DNA of 64,000 nucleotides from assembly GCF_009914755.1 (NCBI RefSeq), contig NC_060938.1. One strand, given 5' to 3'. The notes below the pieces were generated by a model. The model was not told the origin of the DNA and made no database searches. It saw only the letters and a program-made list of their open reading frames with translations. The position numbers and the translations under genes are program-made. The DNA is from the human T2T-CHM13v2.0 reference genome, Homo sapiens. Of the stretch, positions 1 through 17,155 are shown one piece after another. Position 1 is the first letter of the stretch, and each line of letters starts with the position of its first letter.

Positions 1-2299
1 TTATTTCTGTGTCTTGATATTTCTTGCCAGGACCCTTTCCTCTGTTATATATGTCTTTACTTTTTTTCTTGAGGTACTTTCATTTAACTATGTTATCTAT
101 ATCTATATAAATATTAAAATCTTGGTTATGAAATGATCCTTCTCCTAAATTAATTTTATTCACAAAATTTACTGTTCACAAATTTAATTTGTATGCTTGT
201 CTTTCCTTTACTCTGGTTCTTGGTGGGACTTGAGTGGGCAATTTTTTAAATTTTATCTTGGCTTCTCATTGATTAACTGTGCTTATAGCACAAATCCATT
301 TTTTCCTTTTAAAAAATTTCTTTATTACCTTTTGCCTGAATCAAATATTTTCAGGTGTCTTGAATGTCTGTTTTCAGAATATATTTTAAAATTCCCAATA
401 CTAAAAAATATTGGCTGCATTTTTATCAACACAAAAATAATGGATGTGACAGTTTGAAAAATCTGCAAAACACAGGAATGTCATTTCCAGAGGACTCTTT
501 TTTTTAAAAAAAAAAACAAACAAAAAACTACTCTCCAACCTTCATTTCTGTTCCCTGGAAATGCTGAACTCCTTCCACTCTGGTGAGCCTTCTGTGCTCT
601 CTTGCTTCTGGATCTCCCTGGGCTGTGTCCTCTCTCTTGACTAATTACCCCCTTTTCACCTAATTACCTTCTGCTCTTTCTCACCCTAGCTTCTGCTTCC
701 CAGTCTAAACAGCTTTTCCCAACAACTCACTTCTGGTCCCATTTGCTAATTTCTGTGCCAACTCCTATTACTGTAGCACAGTTAGACCACACAAAATTGT
801 TTAACTGTCCCCTTCTCTGAACTCTGGTGCACTTAAAAGGCATCATTATAGCCCAGTATGTAGCATAGTGCTGGACATATTTCCACATTTCATGAAAACT
901 CTGTTTTTTCTCATGATACACACATGACAAAGGCCAGTAGAATTAAGGGTAGATGATCACGCATCTTCAGCATATTTTGTTTGCTTATGGATTTATTTTT
1001 CCTAAAATCCTCAAAACAGCAAGTATCCATCTCCTTTTATTAAAAAATTTTTCCATGTCACTGATATAAAATTTACTTTTTGCTTTCTTTTAAGTACAGC
1101 TGGTATGTTTGCTTTCATTGTTTCAGGAGGTAATCTTTTTTTTTCCCCTTCCTGGCTGGTGAAGTTGTATTTCTTACTTTTTCAGCACTTTATTTTAAAT
1201 CCTAGCCTGCCTTTGGGAGATTTGTCTTGTGTTTCCCTACTGAATGATTTCTTCTGAGCCTGTTGCTATGAGGTGCAGTAATTTGATTTTGAGATTTCAA
1301 GGACAGAGTTTCAATTCTAGGCATTGGTTTTAGCAGCATGACCTTAGAGTGCTTTAGTCATTCTTTAATGCCAAGTCTTTTCTCTGTTCTATTTTTGCTG
1401 AAGGCATATAGATTTTACAAACATATTGGGCCTTTGAACACAATCATCCCAGCCAGAATTCTCTGGGATGTATTTAAGATGTGTTTATTTTGGATTAATA
1501 AAATAGGATTTTCTTTGACTTAAAAATATATTTTCCTGTCACAATTATACTCTCGTTTTCTTTAAACTATATTGATAACTTATTATTATTGATTTTTTCC
1601 ATCTATATATTTGAATATATTTTTAAAGTTTATCTGGTTTCTTCTTTAATAGGATGTTACATATTCAAAATAATATTGTGATTATTGCCTTCTAAAATCT
1701 CAGAACAGTTGAGAAAATGTGCCTAGCAAGAGTAAATCATTATTTAAACTACAGTATTTGGATGACAGAATATTATAATTGATAAGTGAAGAAAATGTAT
1801 TTGAGGATATTAATTTTTAGTAAAGTACCTGGTATAGGAAGGGTCTCATGAAAGTTTCTTAACTAAATTAATTAAATGGATTTGGCTAGAAACATCACAA
1901 ATTAGATTAAAAATTGTCCCAAGTATCACAAACTAGATAATGATGATATTGCATGTTAAAGCAGGTAGCTTAGATTGCAGTTAGTAGAAAAGCTCAGCTT
2001 TGAATTTTATATAATTTTGTTATGAATGTCATGGAACTGAAAGAAATTGATAAAAATTTCAGTTTCCATGTAGCAGAAAATATCACTAAAATCTTGAAAT
2101 TTCATGAAGTTATTGTGGACAGTTGTAAATATGATCATAGAACAACAAAGCAAGAGCTAATTTGAAAAAAAATGGAATCAAAATCGAGAGGATAAAATTT
2201 CATTTATGACCACAAATGATAATTTAAAGAAAAGTGAGTAGTTTTAATGTTCCAGGTTTCTTCTTTTATGCTTGATATTCTGCCTTGAGATTCTAACTG

Positions 2300-2665
2300 A
2301 GAAGTGAAGTCTTGGTCCTGTGTCCCTCTCTCTTCTCTCCTCTCAGAGAAGCCATCTACTTGGCGGGCTTCAGAGGTTACATCTGAGTTGATGACTTCCT
2401 CGCAGGTCTGTAGTGCTAGACTACGAGTTTGGTCCTGTGTCTCCATCCATCAACAGGGTATTTTCTCTTTTAGTATTGTCTTCATATGAAACACAAAATG
2501 CTAAAAGCGTTTAAAAATGGCCTTATATGTCTCACTCCAGGTTTCTTCTCCCACTAAACTTGCTCATTTCTGTAAAAGTGTGCTCATTCTGTAAAGTGTG
2601 CTGTAAGACTGAAATCTTAAGCTTATTTTTTATTTCTTTCTCCATTATTCTTCATGTTCAATGAA
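2300..2665 (+). mobile_element. Probable L2 LINE relic
   Basis: Degenerate similarity to L2 motifs (e.g. 'gttacatctgagttgatgacttcc'). Boundaries approximate. Confidence 0.35.
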
Positions 2666-4059
2666 TTCATCTAATGGGGACTGTTACTTCTTCCACGGTG
2701 TGTTTTTCTCATGGGAAACATCCTTAGTTTTCTGGCAAACTGAGATTACCTTGGGTGTAAATCTCTGTAAATAGTTTTCTAGCAGTTTCAGTGACCCCAG
2801 ATTATCATTGACACCTTTGATCTTTTTTAACCTTTTGAGGTGGATATTATCCAGATCTTCCAGAATATGTGGTGAGCATCTTTGTTTCAGTCTAGTTATT
2901 TGTAACAATTTATATTTCCTCTAATCTTATTGAAATGACCGAAAGTCGTATGTGCACATGCATATGTGTGTACTAAAGTCGCTGTCTGTGCTGTAGCAGA
3001 AGTGATTCTGAGAAATATCTGGAAAGTATAGTGAAACCTTGAGTAATTTGTGAAAAGTATAGTGAAGGTAAGCTTGGACTGAGGTAAAGGAAAATACCAT
3101 AAAAAGTAAATACCTAGGTTTCCACAAGAGTGCAGTGAACCACTGATGTCAGACCAGCAAAGACTGGGAGCAAGGCGTTGATGAAGCAGGCAGCAAATGA
3201 AAGACCTGAGGGCTTCCTCAGAGCCCAGCTCATGGTGGTGGGGTTGGTGGACATTCATCCTGAAGCTTCCTCTGGTAGTGAAGGTGGAAAGGCAAGGCTG
3301 GGGCTACAGTAATGGGCCAGTAATAAGGTGAATAAAGCAGCTAGTGAGAGGAGGTTCTCCTTCAGCTACCTTCAATCTGCTATAACAAACAGCAGGCTTT
3401 CCTTTTCAGTTTATCAACCGTAACTGGGACAGCATGGCCCCATTGAACTGCAAGAGAGGGTAGAAAAACATATCACCTTTTCAGCCTCTGTAGTGATAGT
3501 GAGAAAGGGAATGTGTGTTAAACAACTGGCAATGTTTGTCTTTATAGAAATCCAGACTAGAGTAGTAACAGTGAAGGACATTGAAAAATTTGTCCAAGAA
3601 CTGTCTCCTATAAAAGTGCTCATCTCAGAAAGATTTAGAAGATTAGCGTTCTCCCTATGTTTTAAAAACATGAGATAATTCCAATGTTTAAGTCTTCTAA
3701 AATATATAGAATTAATGGGGAATCTTCAGTTTGTTTTATGAGACCTAATAGCAGAAAAATAGAAAACTACATATGAATATAGTTTAGGATGAGATAAAAA
3801 TTTAAAAATAAAATATTAAGAAATAGAAATTAGCTGTATATTAAAGAAATACTATAATGAGATCAAGTGGAGTTCAGTATAGTGTCATGTGATTCAGTGT
3901 TATATTTCTACAAAAATTTTCTACAAAAATTTGGATGTGCAAACTGAAAGGTAGATTTGAATAAATGTGAGGAATTTTAAAATGCCTAGAATAAACTTAA
4001 TAAACCTTCTGACATGGTTTTAAATATTCCCTTATGCGGGAGTACTTTAGGAAAAGCAA

Positions 4060-4235
4060 ATGTTTGCTGAGTATTTTCTTTGTGCTAGAAACTTCATAGG
4101 CACAATATCATCTAATCCTCTTAAAAATTCTCAAGATAGGCATTATTCTATCTCCTTTTTTTTACCGATGAGGAAAGTGAAGCTTAGAGAGGTTAATTAG
4201 CCTTACCTTAAGTAACCTTTGTCAGGTCTTAAATT
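4060..4235 (-). mobile_element. MIR SINE
   Basis: Reverse-strand MIR core 'ttttaccgatgaggaaagtgaagcttagagaggttaattag'. Confidence 0.7.
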
Positions 4236-4269
4236 TGATCTTGTCCTTTTTAGAAGCTGCTAAATAAGC

Positions 4270-4670
4270 TTATTAATGTTTCCTGGGTGCTAGCGGAAGA
4301 TTTGAGACTCTAGGGTCAGAGACCAAAGACCTTATTACATATGGCACCTGAACATCAATGTATTTGTACTGGTTCCCCTTCAGCTGCAGGCCCCCGGGGG
4401 CAATGCAGTGGGTTCAGATGTCTGATCTGCACTCAAGTAGGTTTATATTGCAACTGAGGAATACAGAGATTGGAGAATCTACCACTTTTGTAGCAAGAGT
4501 AAGCAAGCCTGTTCTTTGTGAGAGCTGTGGAAAAGAAGACATTCATCTCTTAAAGTTATCAGCTGCATAACAACTCTGAGTAATGGATTGGGTAAAAGAG
4601 TAGTCATGGCCTTGCAATCTTGGCATTGTAAGAGATGTGAAAAAAGCTAGAGGTCTGACTACATTGTCTT
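4270..4670. mobile_element. Possible old ERVL-type LTR fragment
   Basis: GC-richer segment with LTR-like composition. Family not confidently recognised. Confidence 0.25.
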
Positions 4671-6284
4671 AATAAGCTTCACCTCTAAATTTACTTACCT
4701 CAAGTGTTAGCAATCTTAATTCTTTGACAAGTATCTCATGCTTGTGATAAAAGTGATTTTGGTTTGATAAATTGATTCTTTTGAAATAAAAAAGTTAACA
4801 AAGTCTTACTTTTCCTGGATTTATATTCTAATACTTGTATATATTGACTTGTAAAATCAGGAGACGTTTAAAATATTTAGAAAAAGAATTTTGAGATTTC
4901 CTTGGTATTTTTAGACCATTAGTCTAAAAGGGACATTTAGGCTTTATTGATGATGATATTGCTCATTTCAAAGAAAACAAAACATTTTGAAGAAAAAGTA
5001 TAAAATGAATTTAAAATCAATACAGAATTTATACTTTGTGCAGTTTGGATGTGCAAACTCCAAACCAATGGCTATATCATAGTATTTAAGTGGGCATGTG
5101 ACATGGTTTAGATTTAGCATTTAACCTTTCAGACAGAGAATATATCTATGTCATTAAGTAATATATTCATGAGGCCTTTCCTAATTTCAAGTCCAACAGC
5201 TCTTTAGACACAAAGGCCTTTCTATTTTGTCCAAATCAATTTCTGCAGCTTTTAATATTTATTTTTTTAAACCGTCCTCTTCCTTTTAAAAGAAAATGTC
5301 AAGCTAACAACTTGGAGAACAGGTATTGCCAAGGGAAAAAAAAGCTGTAGTTTTTGGAAAACTAGACAAAATAGAATTTAGAGCTAAGATTTGCTAATTG
5401 GAAGCGTTCATAGAAACAAGAATGTTTTGAAGAATATTTTTCTCAGCATTGTGTGAGAAGCAGCAATTTCTGTCCTGCTGTTGTACTTAGAGCCTGTCGT
5501 ATGACTTATTTCTTCTTTTCAAATAAGCCACTTTGCTGAGGCAGGAGTTTGCTTATCATTTCTATTCTGTGACTAACATTAGTCCTTTACCTAATTTTCA
5601 CTTTCTAGTTGCTGGCTCTGGATGGCTCAGGTAACAACTCTAATGTAATTTCTGGATTGCTGTTTGCATTTAATAGGTATTAAATTAAATGTGCAATTGG
5701 TCGACTGGAGATAAAAGTATCATTGAGCTTTTGGCAAAAAAGCTTGAAGCATATATTACATTCCAATGGGAGAACCATTAGCTTTAATAACTGAATATGG
5801 ATTGTTGGCATTTATTATCCTTGTCAGAATGCTAATGCTCATTAGATTTTTAATGAGAGGATGGCAATAAAAACATGGCATAGAGTTAAAAATGGATATT
5901 AATTAGGGTATTAAAATGTCCTTATTTATGTAGTTGTGAAGAGGAAAGTTGGTAATTGAAGAAACACTTTGATAGTAGAAACATTTCCTCACTTCATTCC
6001 TTTTCTCTCCTACCTCTGTTATTAAACTATTATATAAATAGAGAAATAGAAAAAAAGGTAACAATATAACCACTTAAGGGAAATCTTTCAGACAAGTCCC
6101 TTGTGATAGGTATTTTTATGATGCCAGACAAATACAGATTTTAGCTATGGATGAACAGAACTATAATAAAGCACCATGTAATTTTATAAGTGAGAAAACA
6201 TATAGATTATTGGTGCTTCTAAAGAGGCTTTATGGCATAAATTTAGAGTAGTTAAATAATAATAAATAACAAAGTTGCTGGGAT

Positions 6285-6450
6285 TTAAAAATTCTGTCTT
6301 CACTACTCACTGGCCATTTTACTAAAACTCTGAACTTAAACTTTCTTATCAGTAAAATGAGAATGAAAAGTAAATGGAATACTCCATATAAACCTCATTT
6401 AGCATATTCCCTAGCACACAGTAGGGAAACACAAGTTATCTGTTATTATT
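6285..6450 (+). mobile_element. MIR SINE
   Basis: Core 'actttcttatcagtaaaatgagaat' plus 3' end 'ctagcacacagtagg...gttattatt'. Confidence 0.55.
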
Positions 6451-7119
6451 TCTAATCAAGTAAACTAAGAATACGGCATGTTTAAAAACACAGCTTCAAT
6501 CTAAATCTTTAACTGCTTTTGGCAAGTCTGTTCATTGTGGTGTATTTTGTTAAAGCCTTTAGAGCCCAAACACCCACATTTCATGCATGTCTCTTCAGCA
6601 TTCCTTTAAATAAATTAAACTCAATGACCTTTATCAAGTGCCATTCCTTAGGGCTTGTGCCAGGTGTATGGATACACATATGAATGAGAAATAGCCTCTG
6701 ACTTTAAAGAGACAATATTACACTATTAGCAAGTTTAGTACTTTGGATTTTGTTCAGCTTTTACTGGAATCTAGGATTTGTTTGTTTAAATAAAACGTGT
6801 CTAATTTATCAGTTACTAATGCCAAGCTATAAAATAAATACGTAAATATTTGTAAATTATATACTCTTACATTTCCTAGAAATGACCCAGTATCATATCT
6901 CTTTTCACTTATGGCACATTTCAAGATGACAAATGTACAAATAAAATTAACATGTTTTTATTGTTCATGTAGAATGAAGAATGGGGGAATTTTGAATGCT
7001 TACATAGCTATTCCTTGGTGAACACCTTTAGCCTAAGCTAAATTTCAGCTGTGGTAAATGTGCAGGTTGGTAGCAGAGCTCCCAGCTGCTCACTAGTATC
7101 AGTTTCTCAATCCCAGAAC

Positions 7120-7432
7120 CAAAAGCCAGACAAACCTAGGATTAAGTCTAGTTCTTTTATTTACTCACAGTAGGACATTGGGCATATTACTTAAATCGGG
7201 ATAGCCTTCGGTTTCTGCATCTGTAAAATGGGGATAATGATAGCCCACAAAGTATACAAAAATTACTATGTGCCAAGACTGTACTTAGCACAGTACAAGA
7301 CTATTTAGAAGAATATTTACTTAGCACAGTACAGCCCTGGCACATAGTACTTTTTATACATAGTCTTATCAAACTCCTACACCCACTGTACTTAGCATAG
7401 TCCTGGCACATAGTAAGTGCTATGAAAATTCA
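7120..7432 (+). mobile_element. MIR SINE with rearranged 3' part
   Basis: Core 'gtttctgcatctgtaaaatggggataatgatag' and 3' end 'cctggcacatagtaagtgct'. Internal inverted and direct duplications. Confidence 0.7.
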
Positions 7433-8147
7433 TTTTTTTAAAATTATTCCCTTTTTGGTCTTTTTTAATGTGACAAGAAAAGTTTCAGTGATTGAAGGGT
7501 CCTTCTCAGATATAATTTGTCTTTAATTCCTCACCCTTAAGACCAATTTAGAGGACCTCAAAGTAAATGGCATTGTAGTATGAGGCAAAAAATATTTATT
7601 GAAAATGCAACATTGAACAATTCTTTTAATCTAACCCACAATTTACACTGCATGATTTTTAAGGTGTATAGGAATACTAAAAAATTATATTTGAAATCTG
7701 GAGAGACAAACATAAGATATCTCTATGGATGCATATGGTGCTAGGTCAAAGGATGAATGCGTTTCAGTGAATCCTAACACTGCTCTGTTTATTACAGAAA
7801 AGGAATGATCATATGAGATACTCAGGGGTTTCTTTCAAATGCACCAATAACTGTTGAAAGTGTCAATGTATTGTATAATCAGGATTGACTGCTTTGAAAT
7901 CTAAGTCAATCCTTTTTGAAATCTAAGTCAATTCTTTCCCCTTCATCTATAGAGCCTCTCCCTGCATTCTAGTCTCATCAGCTATGTGATATAGCCCTTC
8001 TCTACTAATCCTTAGCCCATGTAACCATGAAAAATCTTCAATCTTTTGAGATACTTCCTGGAAGCCTTAGCTAATATATTCCTCTTATCACTCTTGGTAG
8101 AACTCCTTATAAGTTGTCACTTATACCTGGCTTTGCCCCATTTTTGT

Positions 8148-8262
8148 AATAACAATATTAGTAATAAGTACTAATGCATTACAGCCTTACTATGTGCCAG
8201 GAACTGCATTCAGGATTTCAAATATATTTTCTCATTTTATCCCCACAAGGATTCTTTGGTAG
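8148..8262 (-). mobile_element. MIR fragment
   Basis: 'cttactatgtgccaggaactg...ctcattttatccccacaag' is the reverse complement of the MIR 3' end. Confidence 0.6.
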
Positions 8263-8911
8263 CAAGTTTAAGTTACTGCTAGAGTGACCCATTCTGGATA
8301 GTTATAATCTTGCCAAAGGCACTGGAGGGTGTAGAAAGAAATCTTGAGGGAAATCTGGTGTTTCAGGTGCAGAAAGATACTTGTGGGCATTCAGCTTATC
8401 CAAATACAAATAAGGTACAGTCCCTGGCCATGAAGGAAGAGAATCAGATAAATAAGCAACTGTTAGGTTGAGACGTGAAAATTTCCATTTTTGTAGAACA
8501 AATTGGTCACATGAAAAGAATTTCATTTTTTTAACTTCATATTATATAATGTAATAATTAAGGATGCAAAAGTATCAATGTTTGCTTTAAGAACTTAAAA
8601 ATGAAAATAAGAATAAGAGAAATACTTCTATAGTTCATAATGCAATTGTTTATTTTACAAGTGTATAAAAATTTAGACCCAGCAATTATTTATTCAGTAT
8701 TATGAGAAATATTTGTTGTAAGGGAAAAATATCAAGCTCTAAAATCACAGTGGTTAGATTACATGAAGGTAGAAAATAAAAGAAGGTTGATCTACGTTAA
8801 GTGTTTCTATTATAAAAAATATACAGATTGAAATTTTTATTTGTTTTTCACATTTGTTCCTAATAGGGTACATATGAATTTTAGTGACTCTCCAGAGGAA
8901 CAGACATTTTC

Positions 8912-9078
8912 CTTTTTTTTTTTTTTTTCCGAGATGTAGTCTCGCTGTGTCACCCAGGCTGGAGTGCAGTGGCATGATCTTGGCTCACTGCAACCTCTGT
9001 TTCCCAGTTCAAGTTATTCTCCTGCCTCAGCCTCCTGAGTAGCTGTGATTATCCGGGCCCTCCACCACACCTAGCTAA
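8912..9078 (-). mobile_element. 5'-truncated Alu (right monomer only) with 14-bp TSD
   Basis: Poly-T plus Alu right arm ending at 'cctagctaa'. TSD gaacagacattttc at 8898-8911 and 9079-9092. Confidence 0.93.
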
Positions 9079-9974
9079 GAACAGACATTTTCAAAGACTA
9101 TTTTTAACATATTTTTTTTAATTTAAGAGGAGTAATAGTCATAAGACCTTCTGATCTTCCATGGATGAAAAAATAGGTTAAGCATTCAGAATAAAATGTT
9201 GTGACTAATGTATTTATGAACATATTTTTTTTTCACATATAATTGGTCCTTTAGCTTTATTAAAGATACTTCAGATAAGGACAATATTTCAATATGACAG
9301 TGGTAAGAAGTGAAATGAATTGCTTTTTCTAGTACAGTTAAAACAAAACTTGACCAGGGTGATAGCAGAATGTCTGTAGGGAATACTGAATGTCAGTTAA
9401 ACTACAGGAGACAAATAGGATGTCCAGAGATTAAAATGTATAAAAGTATAATATTATAAGCCTTTCAAATTGGATCAGTATTGAGGATATCTCATCAAAT
9501 AGATGGGACTATGATTCTAAGGCTGAAAGCCATTATCTCTGTGTTTGATGTTACATCTCTTGTGCCCAGCATAGGCTTATTCATAAAATGTGGCAGTAGC
9601 TGTTGCATGAATAAATTAACTAATGGAATATATCAGAGTATAAACTTTTAAGTCTAATGATTGATCTTATTTAAAATTAGAAAATCTTTGCAGGCATGAA
9701 GGCATTTTTTATATTTGCAGAAACAAGTCAGTGAAGATGAAAATTCATGTTACAGAGAGGAACAAAAAAGGAACAGGAGACTAAGATTAAACGCTTAATT
9801 TTATTCATTCAGATGCACACCAATAAACATAATAAGATTCATGTTAAAGACTGTACATTTTATTAGATGATTAAAAAGTTGATAAACAGATCTTTAATCT
9901 CTTGTGTTTCATTGAATGAACTAAGTAAGTAACCTTTGTGAGGGTAATAGGCAACTTTTCAGATTTTAACCAAA

Positions 9975-10322
9975 TTTTAGCAGTTTGGGCTGCTATAACA
10001 AAGTAGCATAGACTGGGTGTCTCATAAACAACAGAAATGTATTTCTTACAGTTTTGGAGACCGAAAGTCTGAGATTAGGATGTCAACATGGTCGCCTTCT
10101 GGTGAGGACCCTCTTCTGGGTTACAGACTGCTTATTTCTCATGCTTCCTCACAGGGCAGGATGACAGTGAGAGAGCCCTATAGGATCCCTTTTACAAGGG
10201 CACTAATCCCACTCATGATCTAATTACCTCTCAAAGTATCCACCTCATAATACTATCATATTGGAGGTTAGAATTTTAACATATAAATGTGAGGGGGGAC
10301 ACAGACATTCAGTCCTTAACAG
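9975..10322 (-). mobile_element. MaLR solo LTR, MLT1A/MLT1A0-like
   Basis: 'tttgggctgctataacaaagtagcatagactggg' ... 'gggggacacagacattcagtccttaaca'. Confidence 0.85.
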
Positions 10323-10959
10323 ATTACACTGATCTGCAGAGAAATGCAGAGGTAGAGGCTCAATGAAATGAAAGTGAAAAGAACCTGACTTTACTTCATC
10401 TTTCTTTTGATTAACTTGTGATCTTGAGCCAGTAACTTAAAGCCTAAAGTCTCACAGCTGCCTACTCACTCACCTTAATCCGAACAGTACAAAGACAAAT
10501 ATGTAATTTTACATATTAACTTTACCATAATTAGGTACATGTAAAGGAAATGAAATTCAAAGTTGGTTAAGAAAGTGCCTAAGAAGGTAGCACATTTCCA
10601 GGTGTACCTCATCCCAAATTTGGAGACCAAATTATAATCTTCTATCCCACAAGTCCTCAGCCACCATGTACTCTGGCAACTCAGCAACAGACCTATTGAG
10701 AGCAGACAAGAAGCACAGAGGTGAAGAGGTTTATCCTAACCCAGCTTTGGTATCCCAGGAGTTGCCATCAATTGGAATCATGAGGTTAAGTTTGGTGATT
10801 TGAAAATGAGACTTGGCTTTAAACAAGTTTGTTGTCAATACCATGATTCCAGAGAATTCTAGCCATTTGTCAAAGATATGGAAATCATGGACCAGCCCCT
10901 AGAGTAAGGGAGGCTGGCAAAACCCAGGTAGGAGGTCAGGGAACTATATGGATTGAGTA

Positions 10960-11320
10960 TGTTGACCTGCCCCATTGATGTTGGGGTTGGTCATATTACT
11001 TGCTTTGACAAATGAAATGTTAGCAGATATGACACAAGCAGGGGCTTTAGAAGTTTCACCCTATTTTGTGCTCTACAGACCCTTATAAGACCCTCAGGTA
11101 GATTATGTATGTAATGTAGATCTGAGTCCAGCCCATAACCTAGGGCAAAGGCTAACTGACCTGAAGAACAGCTCTCCAGTTGGCTGAGCCCAGCCCTTTT
11201 CATTGGAATCACTATTGATCCTCAGACACATGAGTGTGGGAATACATACCTGTGGTTTTAAGCCATTGAGTTTTGGATGGTCTTTTTAAGGAGTGTACTG
11301 TTGCAATAGGTGACTGATAT
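10960..11320 (+). mobile_element. Older MLT1-family LTR (MLT1G-J like)
   Basis: 'ggtcatattacttgctttgacaaatgaaatgttagcaga' and 3' end 'ttttaagccattgagttttgg...gactgatata'. Confidence 0.65.
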
Positions 11321-11396
11321 AATTACCAAAGTGTGTGTGTATGTAATTTCCTCTCAACCTTTAACTTTATCCCTGAGTATTATTAATTCTTATTAG

Positions 11397-11693
11397 TAGC
11401 AGGTGCGATGGCTCACGCCTGTAATCCCAACACTTTGGGAGTCTGAGGTGGGCAGATCACTTGAGGTCAGAAGTTTGAGACCAGACTGGCCAACGTGGTG
11501 AAACCCCATCTCTACTGAAAATACAAAAAATTAGCCAGGCATGGTGGTGCACACCTATAGTCTTAGCTACTCGGGAGACTGAAGTGGGAAAATTGCTTGA
11601 AGCTGGGAGGCAGAGGTTTCAGCGAGTCGAGATCGAACTACTGCACTCTATCCTGGGTGACAGAGCGTGACTCCACTTCAAAATGAAACAAAA
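11397..11693 (+). mobile_element. Full-length AluS
   Basis: Dimeric Alu with A-rich linker and short degenerate tail. No TSD found. Confidence 0.95.
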
Positions 11694-11894
11694 GAAATAC
11701 CTGAGACTGGAGATAGGTAATTTTTAAGAAAAGAGGATTGACTCAGGGTTCTGCAGGCTGTCCAGGAAGCATAGCACCAGCATCCGCTTCTGGCTCCCCA
11801 GGAAGCTTATAATCATGGCGGAAGGTGAAGGAGAGCAGGTTTCTCACATGGCAGAAGGTAGAGCAAGAGAGGGTGAGGGGAAGGTGCCACACAC

Positions 11895-15584
<3,690 letters not shown>

Positions 15585-16020
15585 GGTGCCACACACTTTT
15601 AAATGATCGTATCTCCTGAGAACTCACTATCGCGAGGACAGCACTAAGCCATGCGGGATCTGCCCCCATAATCTACCCACCCAGCCCTGCACCAGGCCCC
15701 ACCTCCAGCATTGAGGGATTACATTTCAACATGAGATTTGGACAAGGACAAATATCCCAACTATATCACTACATTTTAGCAAAGTCCTCTTACTATTTCT
15801 AAAAGATTTCATGAAAACATAAGTGCACTTATCTACTCAATAATTCCTAAATGTGATCAGCTAATTTATTCGCTTTTTAGAGAAAAGGGCCAATTAGCCC
15901 CATGTTTTAGTATATGCATCAGGTAATGTTGTTTTCTTCAAGAATATCTGCCCATCTTTCTTCCAAATAATTTACACTCAGAAGATATTTTCCCATGTTT
16001 ATGTCATTATAAAAAGGAAT

Positions 16021-16075
16021 TATTAGGTTGGTGCAAAAGTAAATGCGATTTTTTCCATCCCTTTTAATTGGTAAA
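16021..16075. mobile_element. MADE1 (Hsmar1-derived MITE), one arm only
   Basis: 'tattaggttggtgcaaaagtaaatgcgattttttccat' matches the MADE1 TIR after a TA. Second arm missing. Confidence 0.85.
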
Positions 16076-16599
16076 TATATTCTGTAGGAAAAGGGAGGTA
16101 ATCAGAACTATTCAGCATAATCTGAAAAATCATTCTAATCTGTTGACTTCTGGTACATATCTGAATTTAAAAACAGTGTTTTATGTGTAGATGTGTTTTT
16201 GTTTGCTTGTTTTAGCAGAATTGATTCTGAACTGGAAAATTTGTAAAATATGAATAATTTCTGTGTGAAGGTGAATTTTAAATTGACTTGGACATTTGAT
16301 TCCTGTAAATTATCTACTCACACTGGAATTTTAAAATCTTAACTTTAAGATAGTTAACTGTACTAGTTTTGGAATATTAATACAGTGATCTTTTTCTGAT
16401 TCCCAGTGTCTACCATGACTAAGGTGCATTAAATACATAATTGTATTTAATCCTTAATCAAAGTGTAACTGAAGTTTGTAGTACTTTTCTAAAGAAAAAC
16501 ATACATTTTAACTAATTTTTGTAATCAACCTGGTCTCTTTTCACTACTAAGAAAATATAATTTAATCATTAAGACAAAACATGAAATATTCCATAAAAA

Positions 16600-17155
<556 letters not shown>

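Noticed and set aside
197-11212. Short ORFs (60-120 aa) in unique DNA as host genes
   Set aside because: No recognisable domains, many non-ATG starts, and lengths expected by chance.
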